Notes: generated from the sequence alone by a model not told the origin. A stretch of DNA of 64,000 nt from an uncultured Verrucomicrobiae bacterium (GCA_963736745.1 CAVTQD010000029.1:66931-130930), one strand, 5' to 3'; shown: positions 51,144 through 63,290, counted from the stretch's first letter. Numbers and translations: made by a program.

Positions 51144-51500
51144 GTGTATATATCGCTCCTCAAATCGAAGATTCATCGGGCCGTCGTCACTGGGGCGGAT
51201 GTGAATTACGAAGGCAGCTTGAGCATTTCCGCTGATCTTGCGGAACTGGTCGAACTCGAAGAGTACGAGCGGATTCTGGTTGGTAACATAATGAACGGCG
51301 AAAGATTTGAGACATACGTGATTTATGGGGTTCGCGGTCACGGCACGATTGCGCTCAACGGAGCCGTCGCGCGTCTCGGAAAACCAGGAGATATCTTGAC
51401 GATCATGAGTTTTGCGTTGTTCGATCCGGCGGAAGCGGGAACGCATCGGCCAAAGGTCATTGTTCTCGGTAAGCAGAACGAGGTCCTTCGTCAGAAGTGA
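51144..51500 (+). CDS. panD: Aspartate 1-decarboxylase
   Basis: LKSKIHRAVVT, YEGS cleavage site, NGERFETY, LNGAVAR. Confidence 0.95.
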   Translation: MYISLLKSKIHRAVVTGADVNYEGSLSISADLAELVELEEYERILVGNIMNGERFETYVIYGVRGHGTIALNGAVARLGKPGDILTIMSFALFDPAEAGTHRPKVIVLGKQNEVLRQK

Positions 51501-51600
51501 TTGGATTGGCGCCTCTCCGCCCAATCTCGTTAACGCTTGGTCGGCGGGCTCGCGCTTGAACGTTTGAGCAGCGAGGTGGGTCCAACCTTGCCAATCAATT

Positions 51601-53229
51601 ATGAGGATTTCGCCCCTTTTGGCCTTCGCTTTTTCGTCCATGGGAATGTTCTGCGCTCTTTATGGGCAAGGGGCATCTCCCGTGAGTTCGTCCGTGACCG
51701 GAGTTACCGTTTATCCCGATCGCGCGCGAATAACGCGAACAGGAGCCGTGAGCCTGCCGATCGGACGATCGGTACTGCAATTTTCAGGCCTGCCGGCTGG
51801 CTTGGAAGAGGATTCAGTTGTGGTCAGCGCTCAATCGGGCGTGGCCCTGACTATCGAAGGAATCGATATCCGCGAAGATTTTCTTGCGTCAAGCGCGATC
51901 CCAAAGACGCAGGATCTTGAACGGCAATTGCAGGAGCTTCAAGACCAGAAAAAATCGCTTCAGTCAGAGAAGAGCGTGCTGGAGGAAAAACGAAATTTTT
52001 TTCGCAACCTGAGCACTGGCTTGGGAAAAGGGGACAAGGAATCGGTTAACCTCGATGAAATTCGGAAGCTATATACTTTCTATGGCGAAGAAGTCTCCAA
52101 CCTGGCGAAAACCATTCTTTCTCTTGAACGCTCCGAGGCGCAGCTCGAGCCGGAGTTGAATCGGATAAGGAGAGAGCTGGATGCGCTCAAGAATGCGGCC
52201 CAGAAATCGCAGCGCACTCTGCTAGTGAGCGTGAAAGCCGAGGGTGCAGCGAAGGCCGATTTCACTGTCCGTTATGTCATCGAGAAGGCTTACTGGAACC
52301 CGAGTTACGACGCCCGAGTCGATTCGGGAACCGGCAAGGTGGAACTCCTGTACAATGCTCTGGTGCGGCAAGAAACCGGGGAGGATTGGAACAATGTGCA
52401 GCTTGTTCTCTCAACCGCCCAGCCTGGTCGCAATGGCAGAATGCCCGAGTTGCCACCGGCATTCGTGGATTTCAAAACCGAAGAACCGATAGTTGGTTCG
52501 AGAGCCGAGCTTCCTATGAATGCGCCAATGCCGGCTCCCGGGGAGCCGGCTCGATCGAAGGCACAAGCTGTCCAAAGCAGCGATGCACAAGCTGAAGTGG
52601 AGAAGAACGGCCTGGCGGTCGCGTATGAGGTCCAACTGCCGGTGACTATTCCTGCTGACGGACAGTCTCATCGCACGAACGTGTTGCTGCTCAATCTGGC
52701 GGGAAGCCCGGAGTACGTCACAACTCCTAAACTCGATCCAGGCGTCTTCCTCAAGCTGCATCTGGAAAATACGAGTGACGCTTTGCTGCTTCCCGGTCCC
52801 GTAAGCGTTTTTCGGGACGCCGAATTCACCGGCACAATTCCGCTGAGCTTGGTGCCGGCCGGTTCGGATTTTGACCTGTACGTCGGCAAGGATGATTCGA
52901 TCAAGGTTGACCGGAAGGAGTCGGCAGGCAAGCGGTCTGAAACCGGGATTCTGAACCGAAGAGAGGTCGAAGATCGAAAGTACCAAATATCAATGCAAAA
53001 TTTCCGGTCCAATCCGGTCAAGCTCGTGATTTATGATCAACTTCCTGTCTCCAGGAATGCCGAAATCGTTGTCAACCAGGGCGCGTTTTCGGATAAGCCG
53101 GCCACGTTCGACAAAGACTCAGGCAAGCTGAGCTGGAATATTGAGCTTCAGCCGAAAGTCAAAAAAGTCTTAGAATTCAATTATTCCTTCGATTGGCCGA
53201 AGGGCAAGGAAGTCATCGGCGGGTTTTGA
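51601..53229 (+). CDS. DUF4140/DUF4139 (MuiA-like) exported protein
   Basis: VTVYPDRARITR, coiled coil, WNPSYDAR, QETGEDW, LSTAQP, DQLPVS. Confidence 0.88.
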   Translation: MRISPLLAFAFSSMGMFCALYGQGASPVSSSVTGVTVYPDRARITRTGAVSLPIGRSVLQFSGLPAGLEEDSVVVSAQSGVALTIEGIDIREDFLASSAIPKTQDLERQLQELQDQKKSLQSEKSVLEEKRNFFRNLSTGLGKGDKESVNLDEIRKLYTFYGEEVSNLAKTILSLERSEAQLEPELNRIRRELDALKNAAQKSQRTLLVSVKAEGAAKADFTVRYVIEKAYWNPSYDARVDSGTGKVELLYNALVRQETGEDWNNVQLVLSTAQPGRNGRMPELPPAFVDFKTEEPIVGSRAELPMNAPMPAPGEPARSKAQAVQSSDAQAEVEKNGLAVAYEVQLPVTIPADGQSHRTNVLLLNLAGSPEYVTTPKLDPGVFLKLHLENTSDALLLPGPVSVFRDAEFTGTIPLSLVPAGSDFDLYVGKDDSIKVDRKESAGKRSETGILNRREVEDRKYQISMQNFRSNPVKLVIYDQLPVSRNAEIVVNQGAFSDKPATFDKDSGKLSWNIELQPKVKKVLEFNYSFDWPKGKEVIGGF

Positions 53230-53252
53230 AAGCCTGAGATTTGGAATCCATG

Positions 53253-54491
53253 CTATGCTTTGATAAACAGAGCGGCAAAAGCTCCGTCAAGATGGTCGTG
53301 GATCGGCATGGATGATCTAGCTTCCGCAAAGCGAAGCTCTGGGATCTCTCTATCGATATAATCGACGACTCTTTCGTTTTCTTCCGGTTCCATGCTGCAA
53401 GTGCTGTAGACGAGACGGCCGCCGGGCTTCAGAAACTGAGTTGTCGCCTTGACGATCCGAGCTTGAAGATGCTGCATTCGCGGGAAGTCTTGCGGAGTCA
53501 AGCGCCATCTAACATCGGTACGTCTCCGGATTACCCCGGTGTTCGTACAAGGAACATCGACTAGGATTGCATCGAAGGTTTCGGACTTGAAAGGAGATGT
53601 ATGTTGAAGCCAGTCGATCAGGACGATGGTTGAATTGATGACACCTAGCCGGATCAGATTTTGCTCGAGCCGGGCGAGTCGGAGCTTGTCATAGTCACAA
53701 GCCACAAGGTTACCTTGATTTTCCATTTTTTGCGCCATGTATCCCGCTTTACCGCCGGGCGCCGCACAGGCATCGAGAACCACTTCCCCCGGTTTAGGAT
53801 CAAGTAAATCGCATGCCACAAGTGTGCTGGGATCCTGGACATAAGCGACTCCAGAGGAAATCCAGGACAGGGGCAGACGATGGACTTCCAGACAGTCAGG
53901 ATGAACGTCGACAACTTTTGCCTCTGGAAAACTCTCATTCAGCTCTCCGGGCGTCACTCTGAGCCGGTTTGCTCGCACGTAAATCTTCGCGGGCTCATTG
54001 TTCCAGGCGCAAAGCTCTTCCGCGAGCTTACCTCCATGCCGAGATTCCCATTTCTGCCAGAGAAACTCGGGGTGCGAATAGCGGATGTGAACCGGTGCAT
54101 CCTGCAGCTGCTGGAGGATATTATCTTTTTCGGCGATTGTTTTACGCAGGACAGCGTTCACCAATGTCCTGGCGGGCCCGGCGATATTGACGGTCTCATA
54201 GACGGCCGCGTGGTCTGGGATTCGCATCTTATAGAGCTGATAAACTCCCAACCGAAGAACCTGGCGAGTTGGCATGTCAAGACCAGCGGGCCGGAACCTG
54301 TGGATAATGAAATCGAGATAAGATCGATTACGGATTACGCCGTAGAAGGTTTCAGTAACAAAGGACCTGTTGACATTATTCAACCCGGATCGCTGCAGCG
54401 CCTGATGAAGAACCTCGTCAGCAAACTCTCGACCAGTCTCCCAACGCTGAAGCGCTTTTAAACAGCAGAGGCGCGGATTTTTGCCTACCAT
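53253..54491 (-). CDS. rsmB: 16S rRNA m5C methyltransferase RsmB/Sun
   Basis: NusB-like N-terminus, VQD, DACAAPGGK, DVPCTNTG, VYSTCS. Confidence 0.9.
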   Translation of the reverse strand: MVGKNPRLCCLKALQRWETGREFADEVLHQALQRSGLNNVNRSFVTETFYGVIRNRSYLDFIIHRFRPAGLDMPTRQVLRLGVYQLYKMRIPDHAAVYETVNIAGPARTLVNAVLRKTIAEKDNILQQLQDAPVHIRYSHPEFLWQKWESRHGGKLAEELCAWNNEPAKIYVRANRLRVTPGELNESFPEAKVVDVHPDCLEVHRLPLSWISSGVAYVQDPSTLVACDLLDPKPGEVVLDACAAPGGKAGYMAQKMENQGNLVACDYDKLRLARLEQNLIRLGVINSTIVLIDWLQHTSPFKSETFDAILVDVPCTNTGVIRRRTDVRWRLTPQDFPRMQHLQARIVKATTQFLKPGGRLVYSTCSMEPEENERVVDYIDREIPELRFAEARSSMPIHDHLDGAFAALFIKA

Positions 54492-54739
54492 TGTTCCTCT
54501 CCAGCGTCCCGCGGGACCGTAACACTGGAGGCGAAAAAAAGTGCGGGACAGCTTATTAAGCTTCCACAATTCAGGCAAAGTTCTACTGAAATCGCGTCTA
54601 TTGGTGAAACCTGGATGGCGCGGATGAACAGAATTAAAGACAAAGTGTTCTCGACACTTGCTTTCAGCGCATTGCTGGGGCTCAGACGTGTTGGGCCGCG
54701 GCCGGTTCCTGCAAGTGGCTGCAGGTTAGCTGATCTCGG

Positions 54740-56047
54740 TCAATGGGCGGGCGCGCGTCCGATGCCGAAATAACGGAAACCCAGTTCATCCATGATCCTG
54801 GGGTCGAACAGGTTACGCCCGTCGAAAACGATCGGCGTATGCATGCGCTTTCGGACCTGCACAAAGTCGACGCTTTGAAACTCATTCCATTCGGTCGCCA
54901 GAACGAGTGCCTCGGCATTTTCGACCGCCTCAATCGCGGACTTTGCCAGGATGGCACCGTTGCACAGATTTAATTCAGCAATTCTCTCGAGTCCTTTTGG
55001 GTCGTATACCTGGACGATTGCACCTTCTCGCAACAGTTGGTTGACCAGATCGATGGCAACAGAGTTGCGAACATCGTCGGTATCCGGCTTAAAGGTGAGT
55101 CCCCATACGGCAATGCGTTTATCCTTTAGCACCCAGAGCGTGTCTCTGATTTTCTTCAAAAACCGCTCAAGCTGCGCCTCGTTGACGCGTTGCACTTCCT
55201 TCAAAAGGTTGAAAGGCAGCCCCAATTGTTCACTGATGGCGATGAAAGCTGCCAGATCTTTTGGAAAACAAGATCCACCGTAACCGAGACCTGCGTTCAA
55301 AAAGCTGCGGCCAATTCGTCGATCGGCGCCGATCCCGTCGGCGACCCTCTCGACGTCCGCACCGCTCGCTTCGCAGATCGCCGAAATTGCGTTGATGTAG
55401 GAGATTTTCAGCGCCAGAAATGAGTTTGCCGCGTGCTTGATCAACTCGGCGCTGTTAACGTCGGTCACCATGATCGGAGCCATGAATGGCTCATAGACCT
55501 TCTGCATCAGGGCTAACGCGCGGTCGCTGTTTGAGCCGATTACGACTCGATCCGGATTCATGAGGTCGGCGACAGCGCATCCTTCCCTGAGGAATTCAGG
55601 ATTGCTGACGACATCAAATTCGACTCCGGTCTTGTTGTATCGCCGAATAGTTTCAGCAACTTTTTCTCCGGTTTTGACGGGCACGGTGCTCTTGTCAACG
55701 ATCACCCGGTACCCCTTAAGGACTTCCGCAATCTCGCGCGCAACCTTCTCGATGTAGGTGAGATCCACGCTGCCATCGGGTTGAGGAGGCGTGGGCACCG
55801 CAATAAAAACAACTTGAGAATGGTCGACGCCATCAGCGATGCTGTTCGTGAATCGCAAGCGACGGGCGGAAACGTTGCGATGAACGACTTCTTCAAGGCC
55901 TGGCTCGTAAATGGGGATATACCCGCTTTGGAGGCTCTCGACCTTTTTTTGGTCGTTGTCGACGCAAATGACATTATGGCCGACATCCGCGAAGCAAGCG
56001 CCCGTGACGAGACCGACATATCCAGAGCCTATAATCGCGATATCCAT
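54740..56047 (-). CDS. ugd: UDP-glucose 6-dehydrogenase
   Basis: IGSGYVGLV, KSTVPV, SNPEFLREG, GYGGSCFPKD, FKPDTDD. Confidence 0.95.
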   Translation of the reverse strand: MDIAIIGSGYVGLVTGACFADVGHNVICVDNDQKKVESLQSGYIPIYEPGLEEVVHRNVSARRLRFTNSIADGVDHSQVVFIAVPTPPQPDGSVDLTYIEKVAREIAEVLKGYRVIVDKSTVPVKTGEKVAETIRRYNKTGVEFDVVSNPEFLREGCAVADLMNPDRVVIGSNSDRALALMQKVYEPFMAPIMVTDVNSAELIKHAANSFLALKISYINAISAICEASGADVERVADGIGADRRIGRSFLNAGLGYGGSCFPKDLAAFIAISEQLGLPFNLLKEVQRVNEAQLERFLKKIRDTLWVLKDKRIAVWGLTFKPDTDDVRNSVAIDLVNQLLREGAIVQVYDPKGLERIAELNLCNGAILAKSAIEAVENAEALVLATEWNEFQSVDFVQVRKRMHTPIVFDGRNLFDPRIMDELGFRYFGIGRAPAH

Positions 56048-56171
56048 TGTGCGCTTTTAGAAAAGGAGCTTTTGAGATATCCCGCTTCGGCATTTTGTCC
56101 AGCACAATATTATCCTGCCAGGCGCAATTTATCGGTTATGTCCTCCAAACGGAGGGGTGTAAAATCCTCCC

Positions 56172-58567
56172 TCACTCGCCGATAGCGTTACCCACATTCA
56201 GGTTGAGCGGCAATCCGAACCGGGGCAAATCCTTCAGCGTAAACGTGAGAACGAGCGCGATCTGGCGTTTCCCTGTGCCGTTGTTCGTGATATTCAGGCC
56301 AAGCGCCCCGACCCAGCTGCTCAGGTCCCGATGGAGTGCGTAAGTTTGTTGATTCAGCAAGCCGGTCTTGAATTCGTAATCCTCGTAAATGCTGAAGGCC
56401 CAGTTGTCGTTCAACCGCAGGTAGGTGTAAAAGGAGAGCTCGCTGCTATCCTGGTAGTATGGATTGCTTTGCAGATATTGATGTCCGATTCGGAACTCGA
56501 TATTCGGGTTTACCATCCAGTCGCAAGCGGTATTGATTTCCCAAAACCCTTTGTCCAGGAGAGGAACCTGCGAATCGACGGAAAGATAGAGCCAGGGTAC
56601 CGGTTGGAACCGGACCCGGTTGAACACGTTGGAGAAGAGCTCGCTTTGAGGGGACGAGCGGATTGGAACGGGAAACACTCGTAGTTGACGGAGGAATGAC
56701 CTGGGCGAGCGGATTATCGAAGTCGACATCAAAATAGGTGTCGACATCGAGCCAGTTGAGTGTTGACGAATCCCGGCGGGTCTGGAGCCGGTTGCGCATG
56801 CCCAGACGCAGAATCGTCCAGCGATCGAGCGAATCGATAGAAAGATACTGAGGAAAATTAATCGATTGCAGTCGCGTACTCGGAATGTATTGATCAAACG
56901 GAAGAATATCTGAGGGAGAGACCGTCGGTTGAGAAACCCATGAGAAGTCTGCGTACGGCTGGATAACGTGTCGCAGTCCGTCCAGCCCAAGCGATCTCTC
57001 TTGTACTCCTTCGAAAGCTTTCGAAAGCTTGAAGGATGCTTCCACATCAGCGTTCAAGGCAAACCTTACGCGCCCGCCGTGTTCGGTAAGAAGCCCCTCC
57101 GGGAGGGGGTTACTGGGATCAGATTCCGTGAAGCTTCCGGTCGTACTGTAGTAGGTCCCGCGGAAACCGACGCTCGGAACCACCGAGAGCCAGCCGAAAT
57201 AGGTTTTGGGGTAAAGAAATTGGTGGAAGGAATCGATGCGAAAACTGTTGTAGTCCGGATTCAGCGCTCCAGCCTGCAGATCGATCGATTGGTTGCCAGT
57301 TTTTGCAGCGAAGGCACGGTGCAGCCATGATGCGCTGGTCGTTGCCTCGTAGAAAATCGGTCCATTAAACAGGGGTGTTCGCGCGACCTCCCAGCTAAGT
57401 TCGGGCAAGTCGTTCGACCGTTTCCTGAAAGTTGTTCACTTGAACACGAGTCGTGCACATTCAGCGTGTAGGCCTCGCCGCGCTTTAAGAGTTCGAAATA
57501 AGTATCCGGCTGTGGATCGTATGCGAAAACGGCGGGGTAAAAATCCTGCAGGAAATATTGGTCGCTCAATTTGTTGAAATCAACGACCGCCGATAGATCC
57601 TCTGTGATGTAGGTCCGCGACTGGTACAGAATCCGATACCGTCCGGCACTGATTGGTGCGCGGCCAAGCGCGGTTTCATTGATGTTGGGCGATTGGTCGA
57701 ACATTCCGTAGAGACGCAGGTGTCCGTAGCTCTCGTTGTTGTCGCCTAAGTGGTAGTGCGCATCCCCGCCGAGTGCCGGGCCCCTGGAAGTTCGCAAATC
57801 AAGGTGAACAGTCCCGCTCACGTTCGTCGCAATCGGAAACGTTATTGAGGTGAGCAAATACGCACCCCAAGTCGAGTTGTAACCGGGATCCAGGTTATAA
57901 CTGAACTGGTCATTCAACGATTGGTAAATGTAAGGAAACCAGAAAATGGGTGTACGACCCAGAAACAGAGTCACATTCGAGAGGATGATCCGATCATTGG
58001 CATAGATGCGGATTGTCCGAGCACGGAGTTGGTAATCTGGTTTCGACGTGTCACTGGTCGTTATTAAGCCATTGAGGATCGTGTATTCATTTTCTTTGAA
58101 GAGAAACGACGGTGTCGCCGATGACTTGAAATGGCTGTTTCGGACCGCCGAAATCAGTCATCTTGAGTTGCTTTGGTTTGCAGGTTGTAGATGGCGCGAT
58201 CGGCTGTGAATGCGTATCTGTCCCGGAATAATTGGACATTGCCTCGCAATATGATTTCGTGCGTCGAGGGGTTGTATTCGGCATAGTCGCAGTAAATGGT
58301 GACATCGGCGTACCGCACAACGACATCCCTTTCCGCGACAGCAATTCCGCCCTCAAATCGGGTTTGCTGCGAGTTGATCTCAACGGGAATCGACCCGGTC
58401 TTCTGATCCGCTCTGAAACGGCAGCAACGGATTAAACTCCGATTCTTTGGCCGGCTTTAGCCGGTGTCGGATATGGAGTCGGCAGATGCGGGTGGAGGCG
58501 TTGCCTGGGCAAACAGATCCGTCGGCAGCAAAAGCACAAAAAACAGACCTAGAATCTGGAGCCTCAT
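56172..58567 (-). CDS. lptD: LPS assembly protein LptD, multiple frameshifts
   Basis: Signal peptide MRLQILGLFFVLLL; TPIFWFPY, PGYNSTWG; beta-barrel C-terminus with HRDLSSW. Confidence 0.8.
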
Positions 58568-58738
58568 GAGGGATTGTGAAGGCGGATAAAATAAGACAAA
58601 GGCCAACATCTGGTGTCTTGAAATGCAAGGAAAAATCCCCTTCGGGCGGCTGCGATCCGGTACATCGGGCGCAGATCCAGACTCGCACTGAACCTATGCA
58701 AAGCCCCGCAAGCATCTATTTCCCCGCCGCTTTGACCT

Positions 58739-58898
58739 AAAATCCGAATTTGGAACCCCAGGTTCCGCAGATTGGCAGAGAAGGGCAGATGGTATTTGGC
58801 AGCTGCATTTTTGTTCCAGATGCTTTCTTGAGACGGACAATGCCAAATTCCTTGAAATCAATCATCTCTGAAATCTGTCATTTGCCTCTTTCTGCGGG
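58739..58898 (+). repeat. Dispersed ~150-bp intergenic element, copy C
   Basis: CCGAATTTGGAACCCCAG-GAGAAGGGCAGA-TTTTGTTCCAGAT-GACGGACAATGCCAA-TCATCT-GAAATCTG. Confidence 0.75.
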
Positions 58899-58905
58899 CT
58901 TTGGG

Positions 58906-59883
58906 CTAATCCGAGAACCCATCCGGATGAGCAACATGCCACCGCCATGCGCTTTCGACGATCGCTTCGATATTCTCGAACTGCGGCTTCCAATTGAGTT
59001 CTTCTTTTGCTTTTTCCGAAGCAGCAACCAGACGAGGGGGATCGCCGGCGCGTCGAGGTTTTTCGACAGCCGGAATTGGATGTCCGTGACACTTTTCGGC
59101 AGGCATCGAGGACTTCTCTCACTGATGTTCCGCCGCCGGTTCCGAGGTTAAAAAGTCGCTCTTCTGAGCTGAGAGGGCAAGGATGTGTGCTGAAGCAAGA
59201 TCAAGAACATGGACGTAATCCCGGATACAGGTCCCGTCCGGAGATCGGAAAATCGGCCCCGTAAATCTCAGCGTGTGGCGAGCGACCAAGGCGACTTGCA
59301 GGACCCGTGGAATTAAGTGCGTTTCGATCCGGTGGTGCTTCGCCGAATCTTTCGGAAGCGCCTGCGACGTTGAAGTAGCGCAGGGCAACAAAGGTGAGAC
59401 CGTGAATCTGATCAAACCAGCGGAGAATCTTCTCAAACATCAGTTTGGACTCCCCGTATGGGTTAATCGGGTTCTGTGGCGATGCTTTCATCGATCGGTA
59501 TCCGGTCGGGCGTCCCGAAAGTCGCGCAGGTTGAAGAAAACACGATGCGGTTCACGCCGTTTTCAATCATCGCACTGGAGAAGATTCAGGCCGCCGTACA
59601 CGTTGTTTTGAAAATACTTGTACGGATCCAGCATGGATTCGGCCACGAGCGCATTGGCCGCGAAATGCATGACTGCATCCGGACCGGATGTCTTGATCGC
59701 GAGCGAAATCGATTTAGGATCAAGTCAGATCGCCTTGGATAAATGTCGCCCTGTGAATCGATCGAAAGGCGGTGACCTTCTGACAAATTGTCGAAAACGT
59801 ACGACTTCGTCGCCCCGTCGAAGCAGTTCTTCAACACAGACGCTTCCTACATAACCCGCGCCACCTGTCACAAAAACTTTCAA
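58906..59883 (-). CDS. galE: UDP-glucose 4-epimerase, multiple frameshifts
   Basis: [55 protein letters not shown]. Confidence 0.93.
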
Positions 59884-59886
59884 GCG

Positions 59887-60411
59887 CTAAAAGCTTGTTT
59901 CGATTTTGCTTTTGGATATTTTTGCACCATCTGCCTCACATACCGGCTTCCCCTGGCGCGGCTTCAACACTTCTAGGCTTTTTTCGTACGAACCCTTTTC
60001 AAGCACCTCGATCGTTACGCGTTTCGCGCCCCATTGATTCATAAGTCGGCGCGATGGCACGTACAAATCGATGGTATCGGTGCCAACCAAAGCGGGCACC
60101 GTAGTCGTCGATCACATACAGTTGGTTGTTATCCACAATCCGGAATTTGGTGCCGATCGGAAAGCGTGACCAGTCCGCCGCCGCGCTATTCATGCTGCCC
60201 GACTGCAAACGAGATCCGATCGCATTTTTGACGCCGTAACTGCGATGTCCGGATTCCGAATCGGTATATGCAGTGGTTTTGACAACTTTTCGTTCGCCGA
60301 CTGGAACCTTGCTTCTGACCTTCACTCGATTTACCTCTTTTCCGAGTTTTCCGCACAACCCACAAGCAAGGAGTGTCAGCCCGATCGCAGGGGGCGCAGG
60401 GCTTTCGTCAT
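59887..60411 (-). CDS. Second 3D-domain lipoprotein, frameshifted
   Basis: TTAYTDSESGHRSYG, SAAADWSRFPIGTKF, IDDYG, TDTIDLY. Confidence 0.8.
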
Positions 60412-60542
60412 TAAGTTGCCGTATGTAAACGACCGGCTTCAAAATGATCAAACAAAAAGGGAGTGGAGTGGGGTTCCGCGTCTGAGGACGCGAGACTCCT
60501 GCTTGAGGGCCAAGCATTTGCATTGGCCTACGCCGAAGAAGT

Positions 60543-60618
60543 CGAGGACGTGAACGAGGACGGCTTGGGAACTCTTCAGGCCCCGGCCCGCACCTCTGTC
60601 CTCGTCTCGTGGTCGTCT
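60543..60618. repeat. Inverted pair of GACGAG-type hexamer runs
   Basis: CGAGGACGTGAACGAGGACG versus GTCCTCGTCTCGTGGTCGTC. Confidence 0.5.
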
Positions 60619-60677
60619 TGTCACCGGTCTCCAAGGCGTGGACCAATGCCCGCCCCGCTGACTTCTCACGATCGGAT

Positions 60678-61499
60678 CTATCCCTCATCGCCGCCTCAAA
60701 GTGGCTTCCCTCGACTTCTCCCCATCGAACCATCGGGCAGATTCCGCGTTTCGAGGTCGCTACGAAATCCCAGAATAACGAAACCTCCGTTCGACCACGA
60801 GCGCCTCTCGGACTCCTCGAGAGCCTGGCTTAATTTAATCCACTCTGGTACAAGACCTCAAACGCGTCTTTCACTTCCTTACGCAATGCCGGACCGTATC
60901 CGGCCCGTCGCAGCCCAACGACATTGATCGTGGAAACACCGTCTTTGCCGATGGCGATAGAAAACGGCGGGTACATCTTTGCCGACGCCGGAAATACCCT
61001 GCAGCAGCGAGACGGCGCCCATCCTGGTGAACTGATGGACGACGCTTCCGCCGCCGATAAAGACTCGATCGTGAATTTCGGCATATCCACCAAGTAAGAC
61101 ATTATTCGCCAGGATGACGTTGTTCCCCAATCCGCAGTGTTGTGTCCCAGATGTGCGCCCACCATCAGAAGGTTGTTCGAGCCGATGAGAGTATATGTGC
61201 CTTCCTTCGTGCCCCGATGGATCGTGCAGTATTCCCGGATGACGTTGTTGTCGCCTATCTCGACCCGGAGGTTGCGTTCGGATCAAAACTGAGATCCTGA
61301 GGGAAACGAACCGATCACGCCCCCATACCCGATCCGATTGTTTTTGCCGATCCGAACCGAACCGGTGATCACCGCATGGCCTTGAATCTCCGTGCCGGAA
61401 GAGATTCGAACAGCGACCTTCAATGAACACATACGGACCAACCTCAACATCGGAATCAATCTGAGCTTTCGGATCAATGACGGCCGTGGGGTGAATCAT
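60678..61499 (-). CDS. lpxA: UDP-N-acetylglucosamine O-acyltransferase, multiple frameshifts; end approximate
   Basis: [12 protein letters not shown], hexapeptide repeats, [32 protein letters not shown]. Confidence 0.9.
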
Positions 61500-61629
61500 C
61501 CGGGATATTTAGCAGGAAAGCAGGCTGCTTGTCGATCCAGGAAGCGAAAGCTACGAACGCTAAGTCGCTCCGGATTCGACTGGCAAAGGTGGAGCCTCCG
61601 CTTAAGGACGGCGTTTGCGACCTTCAGGC

Positions 61630-63191
61630 TTACACCGCTGCATGTTCGACCGGGCTTAGATCGCGGCCGCGGCTCTTCGGGATCAAAAAAATGAGCCAGC
61701 GGCTGCGCAGAAGCATCACAAGGTTAATCAACGAGGAAATGACAAAGCCATGAGCATAGTCGGCAGGGGTGGCACCATGTTTTGGAATCGTGCTGAACAC
61801 CACTGCACCAATGAGCGCGATGCCAACGGAGTTTGCCAGTTGGGGCATCGTAGAGGTTACGCCGGACGCCGCGCCGGCATCCTTATGCGGAATGCCGCTT
61901 AGCACCGTATTGTAAAGAGGTGAAGTGACGATTCCGCGCCCGATCCCATAGAGGAAACAAGTCAATACAAAGCTCAGGCGTCAAATGACCTGGAGCCCTG
62001 CCCGCCTCCAACGCCAGAGCAACGATCCCGACCTCAGGATAGCGACACCGAGATGGAGTGAAGCCGCGCCGAGGTAGACCGTTGATCTTGCCGGAAATAG
62101 CCGAGCCGAGCAGAAACGCGAAGGAAAATGGCACAAGGGCGAACCCGGCGTACATCGGATTCAGACCAAGGCTGAATTGAAGATAAAGGCTCAACACGAG
62201 GATCATGGAGGTAGTGGCCTGCGAAGTAGATGCAGGTCACCATTAATCCGACAACAAACCCGCGTCCCGAAAGAGCCGAGGCTCGATCAGAGGAGAGTGA
62301 TTATCTCGCGGATTGCCTGCGCTCGAAAAGATAAAACGCCCATAAGACAGGAAACGAGGCGAATAGCGAAACCCATGCCCAAAAGGGCCATCCGCTGCTG
62401 TTGGCCTTCCATAAAGGGATAGGAAAACAGCGCGAGACCAACGGTTAGGATTGCGACGCCGCCCAGGTCTAACTTCGGCGCCGCTTGCGCGCGCGATTCC
62501 GGAGCACAATCGAAGCGCTGACGATCGTAATGATCCCGATCGGCAGGTTGATCAGGAAGATTGGTCGCCAGCCGAGATGGAACAAATTGGCCTGAATGAG
62601 GAATCCGCCGAGTAACTGCCCAACGATCGATCCAAAACCGATCATTGCGCCGTAGAGACTGAAGGCAAGCCGTTTCGACGGGCCCGCAAAATTGACTTGG
62701 ATAAAGAAAGCGCTTGCGGAAACATGACCGCGGCGGTGCAGCCTTGGACCAATCTCCAGAAAATTAACCACCCCGCTGTGGGTGCCAAGCCGCAGAGAGC
62801 CGACGTCACGGTAAAACCGGCCATCCCAAGGATAAACGTCACTTTTCTGCCATAAGATGTCTCCGAGGCGTCCGCCAGTGATCAAGCAGACGGCGTAGGT
62901 CAAGCCGTAGCCGGCGATCACCAGTTCAATCTCGCTGAAGGAGGCGCCCAAAGAGGTGCGAATGGAAGGAATTCCGATATTAGCGATAAAAAAGTCGATC
63001 ACCCCCAGAAACGGCCCGACGAGGATAACAGCCAGCGAGATCCATTTGTTGGCCGGTGTCTTTTTCTGTAGCCCCAACCGTACTCGTGGAGGGCTCGAAG
63101 GCCTGCTGAGCTCCGGCTCAAATCGTTTCGGCGAAAGCGTTGCAACTCCCGAATCCGAAGAGATATCCGCCGCCGCCGTTATTAGTTTCAT
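61630..63191 (-). CDS. DHA2-type MFS transporter, multiple frameshifts
   Basis: IDFFIANIGIPSI, GGRLGD, GWRPIFLINLPIG, DAGAASG. Confidence 0.88.
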
Positions 63192-63251
63192 ATCTGCTAC
63201 CCTTCTAACAGCTCTTAGCAATAAGAGAAATAGCTTGTTTTGCTAGCTGTA

Positions 63252-63266
63252 ATCTGTTTAACTGAT
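63252..63266. promoter_or_regulatory. Putative LysR-type operator between divergent MFS and LTTR genes
   Basis: ATC-N9-GAT containing T-N11-A; nearby palindrome CTCTTA-GCAA-TAAGAG at 63212-63227. Confidence 0.45.
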
Positions 63267-63290
63267 CGATGAGATCTTATCACTCCTGGG

